24,485 nucleotides of DNA. Source: an uncultured archaeon. GTDB lineage: Archaea > Asgardarchaeota > Lokiarchaeia > Sigyniarchaeales > SOKP01. The position numbers and the translations under genes were made by a program. Below the pieces are notes generated by a model, which was not told where the DNA came from, ran no database searches, and saw only the letters and a list, made by a program, of their open reading frames with translations. Positions 9,415 to 18,160 of the stretch are shown here, piece by piece (position 1 is the stretch's first letter; each line of letters begins with the position of its first letter). Location: the NCBI GenBank assembly GCA_964493715.1, contig CAZBPC010000048.1, forward strand, positions 1-24,485, given 5' to 3'.

Positions 9415-10011
9415 ATGTCAATGCATTCGAATGAAAAAGATACTAAAAGCCTTACTGAACTCCTTTCAAAATTACAAACTCTATATCATCAGAAAAAGGA
9501 GCAACTAGAAGTGCTCCACCTAGAAATTGAAGAGTTACGTTCAATACTTTCTAGCTTAAATACATTAATTTCTACAAAATCTTTTTTAAGTGCTGACCAG
9601 CTTTATTCGGAAAAAAAAAAAACTTCTGATGACTATTTCAAGGAAGACATCCCCAATGAAGAATTCAAGGGAACAAATATTAAGAGAAAGATATTTTCAG
9701 AAGATAAGAATGAAGAAGAACACCTAATCTGTATACTTAATTTTTATGATTATAAAAAAGTTAGCATTAAATTTATCGATCCCGAAATTCGGGCTATTGG
9801 TGAAACTAATGAAAATTTTATGAATATTTTTTTAAAGGGAGCATTGATAAAAATAAAGGAAACGACTCCAAATCTTAATATTAGTTATGATTTTTATAAG
9901 AATACGAAGTATATAGAATACATTGTTATTAACAATCTTACATCAATTAAAGATTATGATTTAATTACCGAAAAAATTCGAGAAGTATTAACATACCAAA
10001 TGGATAAATAA
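9415..10011 (+). CDS. Hypothetical protein with N-terminal coiled coil
   Basis: 198-aa ORF with heptad Leu repeats at residues ~13-52, then SFLSADQL and a predicted alpha/beta domain. Confidence 0.7.
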   Translation: MSMHSNEKDTKSLTELLSKLQTLYHQKKEQLEVLHLEIEELRSILSSLNTLISTKSFLSADQLYSEKKKTSDDYFKEDIPNEEFKGTNIKRKIFSEDKNEEEHLICILNFYDYKKVSIKFIDPEIRAIGETNENFMNIFLKGALIKIKETTPNLNISYDFYKNTKYIEYIVINNLTSIKDYDLITEKIREVLTYQMDK

Positions 10012-10108
10012 AATAAAATACAAAAAATTAATTATTCAAAATTTTTATTATATTTATTATTATAAGGGAAGTGCAACAAAATTGGCGAAGAAAAAGAAAT
10101 GGCTAATA

Positions 10109-10891
10109 ATGCCAATAGTCCATTCAAAATTTAATGATAAAGAGCTCGAAGATGCTCTTAATGATAAATCAAGAGAATTATTGACAAAAGAACAAGAAGT
10201 CGTACCGTCCTTTATATTTCTTTCAGGAAGTTTTTTTGACATTAAAGGTTTTGCATACACGGGATTAAGAGCTTGGAAAGGTGCCGTGAAACCATCTAGA
10301 ACAGATGAAGGAAGAAGACCTCTGTTAGAAGCTACTTTTGCTTCACTTTCTGTATATTTGAGTTCATTATTAGCACTCCAATCAGATTTTTATTTTGCAT
10401 TTGACGAAATTAAAGAGATATTATTAAATTCAAAACGCGAAGATCTATGGACAATAGTAGCTGAGAAATTACCTTTTGTTTCTTTACCTCCTAAGGAAAT
10501 GTATGGAAATCAGATTTCTCCAATATCCCCATATTTCGTAATAAAACAAGATGAGGACCTTATTTTAGGAGAAATTTATCCATCGGCTTATTTATCTAAA
10601 GTAATTGAATCCATCAAGACAAGATTTTTTGTTTTTTACCAATATCAAGGATATTCTGCCTTTGGCTTTTTTGATTCTTTACCAGATTTATCAAATTTCG
10701 GTTTTGAGCAACAACCAAGGGAATTTAATGAAGAACCTACTCCTCAAAATCTTATAAAATACGCAAGCAAAGCAAAGAATTTAAAAGAAGTTTTAATCGC
10801 ACTCATACATGCTCATAACAACGCATTCCTAGAACAGTTTTTAGTTACTGATTATGAATTATTATTAAATAAGTTATTGGAGGGTGACTGA
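10109..10891 (+). CDS. Hypothetical protein, possible longin/roadblock-like GTPase partner
   Basis: Long ORF (ATG 10109, or TTG 10082). Its TGA overlaps the GTPase ATG (TGATG). The fold guess is inference only. Confidence 0.7.
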   Translation: MPIVHSKFNDKELEDALNDKSRELLTKEQEVVPSFIFLSGSFFDIKGFAYTGLRAWKGAVKPSRTDEGRRPLLEATFASLSVYLSSLLALQSDFYFAFDEIKEILLNSKREDLWTIVAEKLPFVSLPPKEMYGNQISPISPYFVIKQDEDLILGEIYPSAYLSKVIESIKTRFFVFYQYQGYSAFGFFDSLPDLSNFGFEQQPREFNEEPTPQNLIKYASKAKNLKEVLIALIHAHNNAFLEQFLVTDYELLLNKLLEGD

Positions 10892-11526
10892 TGACGAATA
10901 TCGGTTTATTGGGGGATGTTTCAGTAGGAAAAACTTCAATATTACGTCTCTTTGTTAGATATCTTAATAAAGGAGAGATTGAAAATGTAGAAGGAGGACT
11001 GAAATGCAGTATTTTGAAGACAGATTTTAGTGGTGAAGCTACTCTTCCAGGAGGGGAACAATCTGATGCTTTGAATGAAAAAGAAACAAAAACTATTCAT
11101 CCCAATAGGGTAGTTTTTCGAGAAGAGGAAAATGGTAAAGCTCATACGATATTTGCACCAGGAGGCGATAGAAAGCGCGCGGTAGTAAAAATGGGCATTA
11201 TTACCATTTCAAGAATAGCGACTAAAATAATTGCAGTTTTCTCAGCTGAACGAGAATTAGATCCGCAATTTGATTTCTTCAATGATGTTAGGTTTTTTCC
11301 CGATAATATCTTTGTATGCATTAATAAGATTGATTTGCTGGAAGGTGATAAGGAAGCAAAAGTGGAGGAAATCAAATCAAAGATCACGACTTTTTTCAAG
11401 CAACGAAAAATTAATGTAAAAGATTATTTTATCACGTGTGGAGAAACTGTTGATAATTTTGAAGATGTTGAAAAATATAACGATCATGTCGCTTCCATGA
11501 TCTTAAAAATTACTACAACAAATTAA
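10891..11526 (+). CDS. Ras-superfamily small GTPase with atypical G3
   Basis: G1 GDVSVGKTS, G2 Thr (KTIHP), G3 position IFAPGG, G4 NKID, G5-like TCGE. GGAGGG upstream. Confidence 0.85.
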   Translation: MTNIGLLGDVSVGKTSILRLFVRYLNKGEIENVEGGLKCSILKTDFSGEATLPGGEQSDALNEKETKTIHPNRVVFREEENGKAHTIFAPGGDRKRAVVKMGIITISRIATKIIAVFSAERELDPQFDFFNDVRFFPDNIFVCINKIDLLEGDKEAKVEEIKSKITTFFKQRKINVKDYFITCGETVDNFEDVEKYNDHVASMILKITTTN

Positions 11527-11540
11527 CTCTTTTTACTTAA

Positions 11541-12074
11541 TTAATTAATTTTTGAATCCATTTCACTTTTCTTTAAATATAAGTTCAAAATCAATTGATT
11601 TAGGTCTAATTGATAACCAATAAGAGGTGTTAGTCTAATCTCGTTATTATCATAGTCTATTAGTAAATACCCTTTTTTGGACAATTCCTTTAAATCCTCT
11701 GAAAGGTTTTTCTTCTTTCTTAATTTTATGATTTCTTGAATTTGGGTGTATCCGCTATTTTTTAAACAACAGGCTAGGGTGCAAAATAAAGTGGCTGCTA
11801 AACTTGGGTGACCTTCAAATGGATTTGTTTTAAACATATCTGAAATTTCAGAATTAATTGATAAGTACCAATAAGAGTTTAGAGGATTAAAGTTTATATG
11901 ATATCCTAATGGTTTTATATAATTAGATAAATCTATGATTAATTTTTTTAGACATACATGTTTATTTTTCCCTTTAATGTTCAAATATCTGAGAAGCTCA
12001 TCTTCTGTTGCTCCAAATTCATAAAGACTCACTCGTCTGCCTAATAGATGCATTAATATTGATATCTCATTCAT
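11541..12074 (-). CDS. KITE-type SMC accessory subunit (ScpB/Nse1/Nse3-like tandem winged helix)
   Basis: Last gene of the SMC operon. Two WH-like halves: LSNYIKPLGYHI..WYL and LAATLF...EIIKLR...LKELSKKGYL...RLTP. Confidence 0.65.
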   Translation of the reverse strand: MNEISILMHLLGRRVSLYEFGATEDELLRYLNIKGKNKHVCLKKLIIDLSNYIKPLGYHINFNPLNSYWYLSINSEISDMFKTNPFEGHPSLAATLFCTLACCLKNSGYTQIQEIIKLRKKKNLSEDLKELSKKGYLLIDYDNNEIRLTPLIGYQLDLNQLILNLYLKKSEMDSKIN

Positions 12075-12083
12075 TTTTATATT

Positions 12084-12734
12084 TCACTCATATATTATAG
12101 TTGTTGTTTTTTGATACTTGAGTAATCCTATTTGGAGAAGATGTAGAATATAAACGAAAAATTCGTAGACTTCTATTTGATCTTGGATCCCATCAAAAAG
12201 CTCATCAAATTTACATGGTAATTTATTTTTTATGCTGCTATAAAAATCCATCATTTTTTCAGTGAACTTTTGTCGAGGAATCTCCAATAAGAATGAGCCT
12301 CCTATCTGTTCTTTTTTAACATGCTCAATCTTTTCTGTAAATGGGTGATCTTTACTGAAACGTTGGTTGCTCCAAAACATAAATTCAGGTGAAATTGATT
12401 CTAGATGAAATACTTTCCTCCAACAATTTCCTAAAATTTGTTCTATTTCAACATCACTAGGTTTAGATTTCAAGAATTGCATAAAAATTTCATCGTTATC
12501 AAGATGATTTAACAAATTCTTTAGTTCCTCAAATTTTTGAGAAAGTAAGATACAAGCTTTCTCATATGTTTGAGAATAGTTGAAGATATTGTAAATGTTA
12601 AGAGATTCTTTTAATTGTTTGAAAATTGGATTTAATTCCAGTTCTAGTAATGATATCTTACCAGTAACTACATCTTCTTTGATTGTATCAATATATCTTG
12701 TTAACTCTTGTGAAATATCCTCATATCCCATCAT
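12084..12734 (-). CDS. Kleisin (ScpA/Nse4-like)
   Basis: Starts 3 bp after smc. Helical N-domain plus a C-terminal WH motif FDELF...EVYEFFVYILHLLQIG resembling the ScpA 'F.eL...vv..FlalLeL...g' pattern. Confidence 0.7.
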   Translation of the reverse strand: MMGYEDISQELTRYIDTIKEDVVTGKISLLELELNPIFKQLKESLNIYNIFNYSQTYEKACILLSQKFEELKNLLNHLDNDEIFMQFLKSKPSDVEIEQILGNCWRKVFHLESISPEFMFWSNQRFSKDHPFTEKIEHVKKEQIGGSFLLEIPRQKFTEKMMDFYSSIKNKLPCKFDELFDGIQDQIEVYEFFVYILHLLQIGLLKYQKTTTIIYE

Positions 12735-12737
12735 ACT

Positions 12738-15700
12738 TCAATCCGTCATTATAATTTTTGGATGAAAAATTGTTGATAATTCCTTATTACCCACTCTTGC
12801 AACTCCGATTATTTTGTCTGCTAAGGAGAATAATGCATTCGAGGATTTAGGAAGAAACATCATTAATTGGATTGGTAAGTTCTCAAGAGTGGACTTTATC
12901 ATCTCATACGATATCTCTACGTTTTTGTCATCTAAAAACATTGCTGCTTCATCAAACAAGCATAAAGGAGATGGTTTAATTTCTTGTAATGAAAGCATTA
13001 GGCAAATTGAGACCATTGAGATCTGTCCTCCACTTAGTGCAGTGCATGACTTTAATTGATCTTTTGAAACTGCAGCCTTAATTATAATTCCCAAATCCTC
13101 AAAATTACCATTTAATTCCAACGAACAATATGACTTTATACCCGTAGTTTTAAATTTATTATTAATTTTTGATTCTAAATCACTCAACATTCCTTTAAAC
13201 TTAGTATAATAAGTGTTCTCCATTCCATCTTCTGTTTTAATTGCTGCTTTGATATCTTTCTCTAATGAATTCTGATTTGTATTAATTTCTTTTAAACTTG
13301 ATAATAAACGTTCTTTTTCAATAAGTAAAGATTTGTCCACATCAGCATACTTCATCAATTCTTTCTGGGTGTTATATATATCCTCTTTAATTTTCTCGAT
13401 AGGTCTAAGTTCAATTTGCTTTTCCAGTATCGAAGGTTGGATCTCTGAATTAATCCTCTCTATTTCTAACTTTTTTGCATTATATTCTTGATTTATCTCT
13501 TGTAATCGAAAATTTTCTTGACCCAAATTTAGTTTTAAACGATTTTGATCATTTTGTCTATCATCTATTTCTGTGCTATTCCTTCTTTTATCCTCATTTA
13601 ATTGTTGCTCTTCGGAATTGCTAATAATTATTTGTTCTTTTATGGATTCTAAATTCTTGAACATATTAAAAGAATTTTTATCTGATTTCTCAAAATCCTC
13701 ATTCCTTTTAGAATATCTTTCTTTAAGATCTGAGATGAAACTATTAATGGATAGTGCTTTAGATTTCAAATCATTTAGATTGTTGTTTTTTTCTTCTTGA
13801 ATTATATCTAACTTATTCAATTTTTCATTATACTCCTTAAGAATGAGAGGAATCTCTTTAATTCTATCATTCCATTCAATAAACTCTGGTTCTATTTGAG
13901 ATTCTAAAATTTTAATTTGCTTACTTATTTTTTTAATATTTTCCGCAAATATAGATTTTTGATGTTCACATTCATATATCATCTCATAAAATCGATTTCT
14001 TTTCTGATTTAATCGTTCTTGTTGATTAAAATTATAAATTAGATCATTGAAAAGCTCCTTTTTTTCATATAAGTCTCGCTGGATTTTTTCTCGACTTAAT
14101 AGAAAGGATTTTTTATTTGAAATATATTTATTTACGGTTTCAATTTCCTCACTAATAACATCTATCTGTTCCTTTAAAGTGATTGTACTTAAAAATCCTT
14201 TTAATCTTTTTATGAAGGGAGTTTCATAAGTGTATTTATAAGAAACGATTTGTTCTCCCTTGAGAGTTACGCATTTACCTTTAAAACCTGAATTCTCATA
14301 TATACTCTTACTATTACTATATTCCTGAATGACAATACAATTACCTATTTTTGAATAAATTACTTTCTTAATATCTAAATCATCATCTGCAATATTTATT
14401 AGATCTGCAAGATACCCTATAACCCCAGGAGCAATGAATTTTCTTAAAGGAGTAATGACTGCCTCTTTTGATAGGTAAATATTGCAATAAGCATTTAATC
14501 TCTTCTTTAATTGTTTTAGAGTGTTTAGAGTCTCCCAATTATCAGCTACAAAACTAAATAATAATCTCTCTCCTAAAACAGATTCGATAGCATAACTAAG
14601 ATCATCATCATATTTTAAAAATTCAATAATGGGTCCTTTAACTTTTAAATTGTGCTTCTCAATTTCTTCTTTTAATAAAATTATGTTCATTGGAAGAATT
14701 ATTTTACGTTTTTCTAATGATTCTTTCAAAGTACTAAATTTCTTCAGTAACTTTGATTTTTCATATTCATTTTTTTTCAAAATTGACTCAATTTCGAAAA
14801 TTTCCTGAGATAATTTATTAAGATCTTTGTCCAATTTTCTAATTAAATCTTGAGAAGGGTTTTCCACGAACCAGGGGTTACTTTGAAATTTATTTTCTAT
14901 GTCTTGGAGACTTAGGAGAATATCATTTATGTCATGATTAAGATCGTCAATTTCTTTATCTTTTATTTCAATTTTTCTAATATAATCCTTTTGTTCATCT
15001 AAAAGCTTTTCATGCTCTTGGAAAAATATTTCATTTTCTTTAATTTTTACTGTTAAATCATTTTGTTCCGCTATTAATTGGTTTATGTTTTTCGTGATCA
15101 GATTTTTTTCTTTTTTAAGTTTCGTAATATCGTCCTGAATGTTCTTTTCTTGTTGTGTATAACTTTTAGAATCGTGCTCATTTTTCAGAATCTCTTTTTT
15201 TAAAGAGTCCAATTCTGATTTCCTTGTGAGCTTTTCACTCTTCCATATTTCTATTTTTTTTAATATGTCTTTCTTTTTATAATTCAATTCTCCAATTAGT
15301 TTCAAATTATCGTTTAATTGAAATTCAAGTTGTAGTATTATATTTCGTTTCTGCTCAATAATCTTTTTATTTAAATCAACTTTATTATTTAATTCCTTAA
15401 CTCGTGAGTTTATTTCATTTAACTTAGTCTCCAAATTCCCAATGATTTTTAATAAATTTTCCCGATTAGCCCATAAGAGCTCATCATCATATTGTTTTTT
15501 TAAGGTCAATAATGAGTTTTTAATCTCTAATCGTTTTAATTTAGGAAATAATGAATCCAAATTGAAATTTAGCGCATTCTTTCTGCTTTTGAGTGCAAGA
15601 AAATCATTATTCAAGCCCATTAATTTTTGTTTTTGAGCTAAAATTTCCAATCTTAATCCTTTTAGCCCAATTCCTTCTTCCAAGAAAGAGCATAACTCTT

Positions 15701-16163
15701 TTGGTTTTAAATTTTTAATAATATCGATTTTCCCTTGGCTAACAAATGCGAAATGATTATCCGGATTAATATTCAATTGAGATATGAATTCTTGAATATC
15801 TATAGCGGAAATTTTTTTAAATGAATCATCACCATCTTTTTGAATTTCGAAATATGGAGATTTACCTCTAATTACAATCCTTCGAAGTTTGATTAATTCA
15901 TCTTTAAAATGTAAATGGATCTCTACCATAGCATGATTTTGGCCATTATGAATGAAATCATACCATTTTTTATACCGATCATCTCTTTCATTACTTCCCA
16001 AAACAAATTTGATAGCCTGGAATATAGAAGTCTTACCGGACCAATTTGGACCAATTATTAGAATTAAGCGTGGATCAACTTCTTTGGTATCTCCTGAAAA
16101 TTCTACTTCATCCTTTTGAAAAGAGAGGAAATTCTCTAAGATAATTTTCTTAATATAAACCAT
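12738..16163 (-). CDS. smc: SMC-family ATPase, Smc5/6-like
   Basis: LENFLSF, Walker A GPNWSGKTS, Q-loop FVSQG, long coiled coils flanking a hinge (GPII...AIESVLG...VTLKGE), signature LSGGQ, Walker B LFDEAAMFLD. Confidence 0.92.
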   Translation of the reverse strand: MVYIKKIILENFLSFQKDEVEFSGDTKEVDPRLILIIGPNWSGKTSIFQAIKFVLGSNERDDRYKKWYDFIHNGQNHAMVEIHLHFKDELIKLRRIVIRGKSPYFEIQKDGDDSFKKISAIDIQEFISQLNINPDNHFAFVSQGKIDIIKNLKPKELCSFLEEGIGLKGLRLEILAQKQKLMGLNNDFLALKSRKNALNFNLDSLFPKLKRLEIKNSLLTLKKQYDDELLWANRENLLKIIGNLETKLNEINSRVKELNNKVDLNKKIIEQKRNIILQLEFQLNDNLKLIGELNYKKKDILKKIEIWKSEKLTRKSELDSLKKEILKNEHDSKSYTQQEKNIQDDITKLKKEKNLITKNINQLIAEQNDLTVKIKENEIFFQEHEKLLDEQKDYIRKIEIKDKEIDDLNHDINDILLSLQDIENKFQSNPWFVENPSQDLIRKLDKDLNKLSQEIFEIESILKKNEYEKSKLLKKFSTLKESLEKRKIILPMNIILLKEEIEKHNLKVKGPIIEFLKYDDDLSYAIESVLGERLLFSFVADNWETLNTLKQLKKRLNAYCNIYLSKEAVITPLRKFIAPGVIGYLADLINIADDDLDIKKVIYSKIGNCIVIQEYSNSKSIYENSGFKGKCVTLKGEQIVSYKYTYETPFIKRLKGFLSTITLKEQIDVISEEIETVNKYISNKKSFLLSREKIQRDLYEKKELFNDLIYNFNQQERLNQKRNRFYEMIYECEHQKSIFAENIKKISKQIKILESQIEPEFIEWNDRIKEIPLILKEYNEKLNKLDIIQEEKNNNLNDLKSKALSINSFISDLKERYSKRNEDFEKSDKNSFNMFKNLESIKEQIIISNSEEQQLNEDKRRNSTEIDDRQNDQNRLKLNLGQENFRLQEINQEYNAKKLEIERINSEIQPSILEKQIELRPIEKIKEDIYNTQKELMKYADVDKSLLIEKERLLSSLKEINTNQNSLEKDIKAAIKTEDGMENTYYTKFKGMLSDLESKINNKFKTTGIKSYCSLELNGNFEDLGIIIKAAVSKDQLKSCTALSGGQISMVSICLMLSLQEIKPSPLCLFDEAAMFLDDKNVEISYEMIKSTLENLPIQLMMFLPKSSNALFSLADKIIGVARVGNKELSTIFHPKIIMTD

Positions 16164-16220
16164 ATTTTGTCTCTTTTCTAGTGCTTGCGCCTGTATTACC
16201 GTTATTGATCCCCTCTTAAT

Positions 16221-17423
16221 TCATTTTCCAAAGGCTTGCTTAATTTGTTCAATTTTTTTTTTTGCTTTCTCTAAATTTATTTGAGCTTTTTGAGGATTAT
16301 CATTTAAAATGAACGGATACATCGATAATAATTTTAAATCGTTTTCTTCGAGAATTTCTTTTTTATTTAATTTATCTAATATGATCAATAGTTCAGTATA
16401 TCTTTCGGAAGCAGCATTTTCGTAAAATTGATTTAACATAAAATCTGAGATATTTTGATTTTGAATATTAGAAATGATGTTTTTCTGTAATTCTTCGGGA
16501 TCTTTTATCTCATATTTTTGGTTTTTCAAGCCATTTTCAGGATTTATTTGATTATTAATGGAAAAAGAGGGAATATATTCTCCGGATTCGATTAAATCTT
16601 TCAATAGAGGAGTAATTTCATTTGAAATGTCATTAAGTTCTGAGTTTAAATAATGTTTGAAAATTGCTATCTTGATCAAATGAGTTATGTCTCTAATTTC
16701 CCATTTTTTTGTTAAATCTACCATAGTTTTGATGTCAAAAACAATTTTTGGGTACTTTTCAGAAATATTAGAGAAAATTATTTCTCGATCTTCCTGATTT
16801 AATCGATGAATTTTAATAAATATATCAAAAAATTGAAATACTTCTTGAGAATTTTCATTAATTTCATCAACATTATAATTTATCCAAAACAGTAAAGCTT
16901 GTTGATCAATAAAACTATAATCAGAAGATTTTTTTAAGAAATAGTTCAGAAAAAACTTTAAAAAGCTTTTACTTTGTGAATCAAATTCTATTAGTTGCTC
17001 TACTAGCAATATTCGTTTTATTTTATAGACTTCATCGTATTTCTCTGAAACTTCCCCTGTGGCTTCATTGCTTCTCAAGATCTCTTCTATTATTAAATTA
17101 AAATTGGTAAAAAAATCTTGTGGGGTTTCCAAGAGCTTATCAATGTTAAATTGAACAAGATTTAGATTATAGTTTGCAGAGATAAATTTAAAAAAATCGA
17201 GTATATCCGTACCTTTATTGATATGCAACAATAAAGCCCCTTTTGGATGAGAATACTGCTTTATTAACTCGTCATCATCTTTTACTAGTAAAACTCTTAA
17301 ATAATTAACAATCTCGTTATATTTTTCCCTAAAATATATTTGATCTCTATTGATGTTAATTTCAGATGAGGAAATAATTTTATAGTATTTCGAAAAGCTC
17401 ATTTCCTCTCGTGCATCGTTCAT
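16221..17423 (-). CDS. Degenerate, probably inactive, AAA+ ATPase-like protein
   Basis: EIVNYL...PKGALLLHINKGTD at the Walker A position, ILLVEQ at Walker B, and FDIFIKIHRLNQEDREIIF...DIKTMVDLTKKWEIRDI resembling the classical AAA lid region. Confidence 0.65.
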   Translation of the reverse strand: MNDAREEMSFSKYYKIISSSEININRDQIYFREKYNEIVNYLRVLLVKDDDELIKQYSHPKGALLLHINKGTDILDFFKFISANYNLNLVQFNIDKLLETPQDFFTNFNLIIEEILRSNEATGEVSEKYDEVYKIKRILLVEQLIEFDSQSKSFLKFFLNYFLKKSSDYSFIDQQALLFWINYNVDEINENSQEVFQFFDIFIKIHRLNQEDREIIFSNISEKYPKIVFDIKTMVDLTKKWEIRDITHLIKIAIFKHYLNSELNDISNEITPLLKDLIESGEYIPSFSINNQINPENGLKNQKYEIKDPEELQKNIISNIQNQNISDFMLNQFYENAASERYTELLIILDKLNKKEILEENDLKLLSMYPFILNDNPQKAQINLEKAKKKIEQIKQAFGK

Positions 17424-17609
17424 AATTGTCTATCCATTCTAAATTAATTTAAAATAATTTTCAAGGTATTGCATAAAAATTCAAACATAAATAATTAATT
17501 ATATTGGGGAAAGTCGAATTCTAAATTTAAAATATAACTCTCTACTTATAAAGTAAAATAATATAATTTTACACAAGATTCAACTAGATATTATATTTGA
17601 GATTCTACC

Positions 17610-17625
17610 ATCAAATGATCTTGAT
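17610..17625. promoter_or_regulatory. Possible ArsR-type box ATCAA-N6-TTGAT
   Basis: Perfect 5-6-5 palindrome at the arsR 3' end, with the same geometry as the 18106 palindrome. Confidence 0.3.
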
Positions 17626-18026
17626 CATCTCAGGATGGAATCATTAAGAGTTTCTAATTGAATGTTTAGATTTTCTTTTATAAGATGATAATAAGTAAAA
17701 TTTCCCTTTTTATAACCCTCAATTAAACCAGAACTAACGAGTTTTCTTATATGATGAGAAATTGTTGATTGAGACTTATCTAAAACAGCTTCTAGTTCAC
17801 ATACACATCTATCTCTATTTCTTAATAAATGGAGTATTATGAGCCGTTCTTTTGAAGCTAAAGCCATAGTAAAAAGTGGTAATTTATCAAAATTTTTATT
17901 ATTATCTAAATCTAATTTTATTTTCCGTAATTCTTCAAAATAAGAATTTGTTTCATCGCATTCCTTACAAGAACATAGCATGCTTTTAATTTCCTTAACT
18001 CTTTGAGGTTTAATATTAATCACCAA
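17625..18026 (-). CDS. arsR: ArsR/SmtB-family metalloregulator
   Basis: ALASKERLIILHLL, CVCEL metal-binding box, HTH SQSTISHHIRKL...GLI, wing KKGNFTYY. Extra N-terminal CSCKEC. Divergent from acr3. Confidence 0.92.
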   Translation of the reverse strand: MVINIKPQRVKEIKSMLCSCKECDETNSYFEELRKIKLDLDNNKNFDKLPLFTMALASKERLIILHLLRNRDRCVCELEAVLDKSQSTISHHIRKLVSSGLIEGYKKGNFTYYHLIKENLNIQLETLNDSILR

Positions 18027-18105
18027 TTATTATCAACATAATCACAATTATTTAAATACATCGATAAATATAAATGTAAGGTATTTCTAACTTCATATAC
18101 ACCCA

Positions 18106-18123
18106 AATCGATATCTTTCGATT
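18106..18123. promoter_or_regulatory. Putative ArsR operator AATCGA-N6-TCGATT
   Basis: Perfect 6-6-6 inverted repeat between divergent arsR and acr3. A weaker copy, TACATCGA-N6-TAAATGTA, lies at 18057-18078. Confidence 0.6.
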
Positions 18124-18160
18124 AACTTTAAAAACGATCAATAATTTAAAAAGTTTGATA

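Noticed and set aside
11541-17423. Wadjet (JetABCD/MksBEFG) anti-plasmid system
   Set aside because: No Toprim nuclease (JetD). The gene order is SMC-kleisin-KITE rather than jetA-B-C-D, the kleisin is ScpA-sized, and the hinge is SMC-type.
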